Shown piece after piece: positions 59,568 through 64,000 of a stretch of DNA of 64,000 nucleotides. The translations under genes and the position numbers were made by a program. The DNA is taken from assembly GCA_964013405.1 (NCBI GenBank), contig CAXGWI010000007.1, forward strand, positions 1 through 64,000, read 5' to 3'. This stretch comes from an uncultured Myxococcales bacterium. GTDB lineage: Bacteria > Myxococcota > UBA4151. Below the pieces are notes generated by a model. The model did not search any database. It was not told where the DNA came from and was given only the letters and a program-made list of their open reading frames with translations. Each line of letters opens with the position of its first letter. Positions within the stretch are counted from its first letter, which is position 1.

Positions 59568-61174
59568 GATCGCTCCCAATGCCGCCAGACCAAGGGGATC
59601 CGGCGCCCTGTACCAAAAGCCTTCCGACTCACCCGCAAGACGGGGGCCGCCTGCCAACGCTTAAACTCAGTCACCTTGAGCAGGTGGGCAATCCGTAAGA
59701 CGAGATCCCGATCTTCCCCCTGCTCGATGATCCACTGAGGGCTTCGACGAGCCTCTACAAGTTGAAAGAGGATGCGATCGAGATCTTCATAAGGAGGCAG
59801 GCTGTCTTCGTCTTTTTGCTCCGGCCGCAGCTCGGCCGAAGGGGCTGCCTCTTGAATACTGGCAGGGATCACACCCTCGTCCCCTGGACTGATCCGTTGG
59901 CAGAGATCGTAGACTGCGGTCTTGTACAGATCGCCGATGGGCGCCAATCCGCCGCACATATCGCCATAGAGCGTGCAATAGCCGACGGCTAACTCGCTCT
60001 TGTTTCCGGTGGCGAGTGCCATCGCACCACTGCTGTTGGAAACACCCATGACCAAGGCCCCTCGAATGCGGGCCTGTATGTTTTCATCGGTGAGGCCACT
60101 GGCATCGACGATACGACTCAATGTTGTCGACAACGCATCGTGCACCCCGTGAATGCTCAACGTTTCTAAGCCCATACCGAGACGGTCACAAAGGTCTCGA
60201 GCATCCAACACGCTCCGGTCGCTAGAAAATCGACTGGGCATGGCAATACCGAGGACCCGCTCCGGACCGAGGGCTGCCACTGCGATCTCGGCGACGAGGG
60301 CCGAGTCGATCCCACCACTGACCCCAAGGACGACATTGTGGAGGGATGATTTCTCGAGATAATCGGACAGGCCGAGCATTAAGGCCCGCCGGTCGGAGCG
60401 GAGGGGGTCTGGCAGTGGGTCGACCGGCGCGCCGTAGCCAACGGCCTCCTCGAAGCTCGGCAGACCGTAAAACTCGCCATCGGGCCGCACATAAACGCTA
60501 CCACCATCAAAGATCAGTTCGTCGTTTGCTCCCACCTGGTTCACCATGGCGATCGGCCGCCCCAGTCGCCGGGCAACGGCCTTCAGCACCTCTCGCCGCC
60601 GCTTGGGCTTGCCCCGGCTGTAAGGACTCGCAGAGAGGTTGACGAGGAGGTCGCACTGATCGGCCAGTTGATGGACCGGTCGCAGACCGTAATCCTGTGC
60701 CTCTTCTAGGTCCTCACCGGCCCAGAGGTCTTCACAAATCGTGATGGCAACTCGCCGGCCGGCGATCTCGACGACCGTCGCCCGCTCACCCCGTTCAAAG
60801 TGTCGTCGTTCATCGAACACATCGTAGACCGGCAACAACACTTTGTCGTGCACAGGTCGGGCCAGCCCCCCCTCAAGGAGCCAGGCCGAATTGGTAAGGC
60901 GACCCATACGCTGGGCCGGCGCACCGATCAGGACCGGACCCACCTCTTCAAACTCTGTCGCTAACTGGTGGCAGAGGGCAATTGAAGCCTCGACAAATCC
61001 CTGCTGGGCCAGAAGATCCCGAGGTGGGTAGCCTGTCAGAGCAAGCTCCGGCAGGATGGCGAGGTCAAAGGACGAAAAGGCGGCGAGAGCCTGTCTGATC
61101 TTCGCGGCATTGCCATCCAGATCGCCGACCACGGGATTGATTTGGACCAAAAGCGGTTTCAAGGACGGGGGCAT
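59564..61174 (-). CDS. nadE: glutamine-dependent NAD+ synthetase
   Basis: Nitrilase triad (PEL, K..LP.Y..FDE, ICEDLW); SGGIDS, ENIQARIRG, TGNKSE, PSAEL. Confidence 0.97.
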   Translation of the reverse strand: MPPSLKPLLVQINPVVGDLDGNAAKIRQALAAFSSFDLAILPELALTGYPPRDLLAQQGFVEASIALCHQLATEFEEVGPVLIGAPAQRMGRLTNSAWLLEGGLARPVHDKVLLPVYDVFDERRHFERGERATVVEIAGRRVAITICEDLWAGEDLEEAQDYGLRPVHQLADQCDLLVNLSASPYSRGKPKRRREVLKAVARRLGRPIAMVNQVGANDELIFDGGSVYVRPDGEFYGLPSFEEAVGYGAPVDPLPDPLRSDRRALMLGLSDYLEKSSLHNVVLGVSGGIDSALVAEIAVAALGPERVLGIAMPSRFSSDRSVLDARDLCDRLGMGLETLSIHGVHDALSTTLSRIVDASGLTDENIQARIRGALVMGVSNSSGAMALATGNKSELAVGYCTLYGDMCGGLAPIGDLYKTAVYDLCQRISPGDEGVIPASIQEAAPSAELRPEQKDEDSLPPYEDLDRILFQLVEARRSPQWIIEQGEDRDLVLRIAHLLKVTEFKRWQAAPVLRVSRKAFGTGRRIPLVWRHWERS

Positions 61175-61182
61175 TCCTCACA

Positions 61183-61740
61183 GTGGGCAAATCATTCACG
61201 AGCAACAAGGAACAGGCAAGCTCAAGGCTGCGGCTGCTCCAGCAAGCCCGCAAACTGCTGGGCGCTCATGTAGGTCCTGATTGGGACTGGCGCCAGGGGG
61301 ATCTAACGGCCATCGATGTGGCTGCTTTTTCTGCCGGAGCCAGATTTCAGGCCGAATTGAAGTCGGACTTTGCCCGTGATCCGGCCAGCTACAGAAAGCT
61401 CGGAGGCGTCGCAAACACCCCTGACGCACCCTACTTTTTCCGCCGCTACAGCAACTTAATACACTTCATGCGGCGCCGAGATTGCTTCTATCCTCGGGGA
61501 AGCGCAGTCCCCTCTCCTGGCATGGTGATGGTCTTGGATTGGCCCGAGGAGCGAGGGCGCTTTAACTTTTCACCAGATCGAATCGGCGTTGTCCTCGAAG
61601 TCGACGGCGAGCGGGTCAGCAAAGGGATTCTCGCACTGCCAGCTCCCGCTGGCTGGGTGGTCGCCGAGGTTCACCTTCTTGCCAACAGCCCCTCGGATCG
61701 CTTGGTGATCGGCTACGGCGACCTCCCCTGCGACACCTAG
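61183..61740 (+). CDS. hypothetical protein, remote DUF1287 (NlpC/P60-like) resemblance
   Basis: AIDV...QAELKSDF...Y...FFRRYSNLIHFM...PG.V...RIGVV parallels the DUF1287 motif order as recalled. Confidence 0.6.
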   Translation: MGKSFTSNKEQASSRLRLLQQARKLLGAHVGPDWDWRQGDLTAIDVAAFSAGARFQAELKSDFARDPASYRKLGGVANTPDAPYFFRRYSNLIHFMRRRDCFYPRGSAVPSPGMVMVLDWPEERGRFNFSPDRIGVVLEVDGERVSKGILALPAPAGWVVAEVHLLANSPSDRLVIGYGDLPCDT

Positions 61741-61750
61741 CCCCAGCGGC

Positions 61751-63481
61751 CTAGCGACCCCTTCTTCGCTTTTTGCTCTTTGCCTTTTCCAGTTCGGCGA
61801 GTCGTTCTTGTTCGGTCATGATATGGCGCCGATGAATCGACAGGAGTTTAAGGGGGCGAGCCACTTGGCCATCGGGCCCCATGGTCCAGGGTCCCGTGAT
61901 CGCATCGAACTCGGCGAGTGAACTGAGATGGCCCCGAAGCTGATATCGGTCGGTCAACTTAGAATTCTTGAGTAACTCCCCCGTCAATCGGCCGAGATCG
62001 AACGCTGTGGCCTCCAAGAGACCAGGCTTACGCTTGTAACGCTTATAATAGGCCCGAGCATACTGCCCTGCTAAGACGTGCTCTTTTCCCTGGGGGTAAA
62101 AAGCGTCGACAAAAAGGGTGCCGTCCACAGCGAAGCGGGTTCTCTTTGCCAAATGGTTGGAGTTGAGTTGCCGCAGACCCAGAATGGGGGTCGGCTGCAG
62201 CTCCTTATTGGAAGTCGCTTTTCGAGTCTTCCACAGGGCTCGCTCATCCAGGCTGGCCACCATGTCTGACTGCTCAAGAAAGGCCATCAACTGGCGTACT
62301 GTCCGCAGGTCGTCCGGGACAAAGATCGCATCGAAATCCACGACGGGGGCGGTGTGATCCCGACAGCCCTCCCAGGCTCGCTTTTTCCGTAACCCCTTTG
62401 CGGTTTCTGGAATCTCGCTAACGCATTTTCGGAAATCACGGCGCCGATTTAGACTGGATTCATCTCGACCCACCATGACCTCAACCAAGCTCGTAAATGT
62501 TCGCTCCCCCTTCATGTAGGGCTGAAGGTAGACCACCTCGGCCCCCGCGCGACCCACCTGCTCACTAAACGCTTCCGCTGACTGCCAGCCGTCACGACTG
62601 CGAGGAAACAACACTGCAAAGCGACGATAGCCGCGCAAGTCGATGGCACCTTTCACCAAAGCCTCGATCTGGTGACGGTTCGGCAAGCCAACTTGGAAGA
62701 CCCAGGGCGAAATGCTCGGCAGCGTGTCATCTCGCCCCATCGAAATCAGCGGCATCCCCAAAATCGCTGCGCGCTGAGCTGCCCGCTCGGTACGGGAAAG
62801 GTATGGGCCCGTAATCACCAAGGGGCAGCCCGCCTGGGCAAAGCCCTCGATGGCCGCCTCCGGTTGCTCACTGGAACGAACGTCGAGCTCCCAATCACCC
62901 TTGTCTTCCCCCAAGCCCAGGGTGAAGTTTTCTTGAAGGCTTGTGCCCATATCCCCTTTGTCCAAGGGCAGGAGAAGGCAGAGCCTGCGGGAGGGGGATG
63001 GCAAACGAAGACCATGAACACGGTCATGGAGGGCCTGAAACTCGATGGCTGGGGGCTGTGCGGGCAAGGGACCAAGGGGCAAGCCCCGGTGGTGTCGAAT
63101 CAACGCCTGGCGATAACGAAGGAGACTCTTCGCTGGCTCGGGCATGTCCAACTCGCCAAGACCCAACAACTCATCCTCATCACCCTCATCCAAGCGGTCG
63201 AGAAATTGAGCTACCGTATCCCCCTCGCCCGCTTGCAGCCAAGCCTGCACAACCCCATCGAGAGGACGAGTCGGTGTCACCAGCTCTTGTGGGCTCTCTT
63301 CGGTGGTCACTGGCCCCGTTGTCACAGGCTCTCGTACCGGATCCTCCCGACCTAAAAGGTCGCCCGCTGTCATGCTATGAGTTCCGGGGTCTTGATCCCG
63401 TTCGGTGGTCGTGCTGACCTTCGGCAGGGATACGCATGCCGCGCATAGTGCGAGGCCAAGGAGCGCGCCGTGATGAGTCAC
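61751..63481 (-). CDS. LpoA/LppC-like penicillin-binding protein activator lipoprotein
   Basis: GTG 63481 with GGAGG RBS, lipobox CAAC; LLLPL, FAVLFP, VDFDAIFVPD, FVDAF, ATAFD, ITG periplasmic-binding-protein type 1 pattern. Confidence 0.82.
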   Translation of the reverse strand: MTHHGALLGLALCAACVSLPKVSTTTERDQDPGTHSMTAGDLLGREDPVREPVTTGPVTTEESPQELVTPTRPLDGVVQAWLQAGEGDTVAQFLDRLDEGDEDELLGLGELDMPEPAKSLLRYRQALIRHHRGLPLGPLPAQPPAIEFQALHDRVHGLRLPSPSRRLCLLLPLDKGDMGTSLQENFTLGLGEDKGDWELDVRSSEQPEAAIEGFAQAGCPLVITGPYLSRTERAAQRAAILGMPLISMGRDDTLPSISPWVFQVGLPNRHQIEALVKGAIDLRGYRRFAVLFPRSRDGWQSAEAFSEQVGRAGAEVVYLQPYMKGERTFTSLVEVMVGRDESSLNRRRDFRKCVSEIPETAKGLRKKRAWEGCRDHTAPVVDFDAIFVPDDLRTVRQLMAFLEQSDMVASLDERALWKTRKATSNKELQPTPILGLRQLNSNHLAKRTRFAVDGTLFVDAFYPQGKEHVLAGQYARAYYKRYKRKPGLLEATAFDLGRLTGELLKNSKLTDRYQLRGHLSSLAEFDAITGPWTMGPDGQVARPLKLLSIHRRHIMTEQERLAELEKAKSKKRRRGR

Positions 63482-63523
63482 TGGAAGCCCCTCCACGTCA
63501 GGAAGCACAAGGGCCTCCTAGCC

Positions 63524-64000
63524 TTGTTTATCCACCCCCGGCAATGGCTAGTCATTGCAGGCTTTCTCCTGGTGGTGTGGACCCTCGGAGCAACGGCTTG
63601 TCGCAGCGATCATTCCCCAGCGGCGATCAAGCCGGACCAAGGCCTTGTGGCACCCCAGCCCACCGCCACTCATGAGCCTCCGCGCCTACTCACCGTCGCC
63701 ATGGTGGCTTCGGCCCCCGATTACTTTGTCTATCGAGGTCGACCCCGGGGCTTTCTTCTCGATCTCTCCCAGCTCCTTGCTCGGCGATGGCAAAGACGCC
63801 TTCAGGTCGAAGTCGCTCAAGATGAATCTGAAGCCCTCGACTGGCTGGCGTCGGGCCAGGTCGACCTGGCTGCGATCGGCGTCCCTCTTTCGGCGGCATC
63901 CAGACCGAACTTAATTGCGGGGCCGGCCATGGAGCACAGCGATTCCGTCCTCGTGACAAAGAAGGGGGCCGCGGCCCAGGTGATCGCTGCCCTCTCCGGC
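63524..64000 (+). CDS. MltF-like / family-3 substrate-binding domain lipoprotein (partial, runs off window)
   Basis: Manual translation: ...LGATAC...DYFVYRGRPRGFLLDL...LDWLASGQVDLAA; open to the window end. Confidence 0.75.
   Translation, partial: MFIHPRQWLVIAGFLLVVWTLGATACRSDHSPAAIKPDQGLVAPQPTATHEPPRLLTVAMVASAPDYFVYRGRPRGFLLDLSQLLARRWQRRLQVEVAQDESEALDWLASGQVDLAAIGVPLSAASRPNLIAGPAMEHSDSVLVTKKGAAAQVIAALSG

Noticed and set aside
63528..63536. TTATCCACC DnaA-box-like sequence
   Set aside because: Single imperfect box inside a probable CDS start; no cluster or unwinding element.

Overview
GC-rich (~60% by eye), densely coding chromosomal window from a Gram-negative deltaproteobacterial lineage. 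Myxococcota/Bradymonadia-like is an inference from its Cys-rich 'DAG' lipoproteins and DUF4398/TSP3-OmpA genes. It holds two divergent flagellar blocks: flgM-flgN-flgK-flgL-csrA-fliW-flagellin-fliD-fliS-flagellin on the minus strand (0.5-8.2 kb), and motA-motB-motB'-fliLMNOPQR-flhBAFG-fliA-fliJ-flgFGAHI-flgJ/M23 on the plus strand (25.7-44.4 kb). Between them lie housekeeping genes (kdsB-pyrG-kdsA-kdsC-lptAB-rpoN-hpf-rapZ-PTS, rsfS, proB). After them come a KamA-family radical SAM gene, argC, peptidoglycan-related genes, several Cys-rich lipoproteins, an MMPL/RND transporter, a PduO-type adenosyltransferase and nadE. No rRNA, tRNA, CRISPR or mobile element was recognised. Main highlights: (1) a translationally coupled pair of complementary 'half-functional' MotB genes, one lacking the ion-binding Asp but with an intact peptidoglycan-binding domain and the other with the Asp but a degenerate peptidoglycan-binding domain, suggesting an asymmetric heterodimeric stator; (2) a ~300-nt CsrB-like array of GGA hairpins upstream of the main flagellin, with more CsrA sites on the second flagellin and flgM; (3) variant sigma28-like promoters and a tandem sigma28/sigma54 promoter; (4) a probable ATC start for rsfS; (5) an apparently catalytically dead DUF1287-like protein. 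All calls come from reading the sequence and recognising motifs; no database searches were run.
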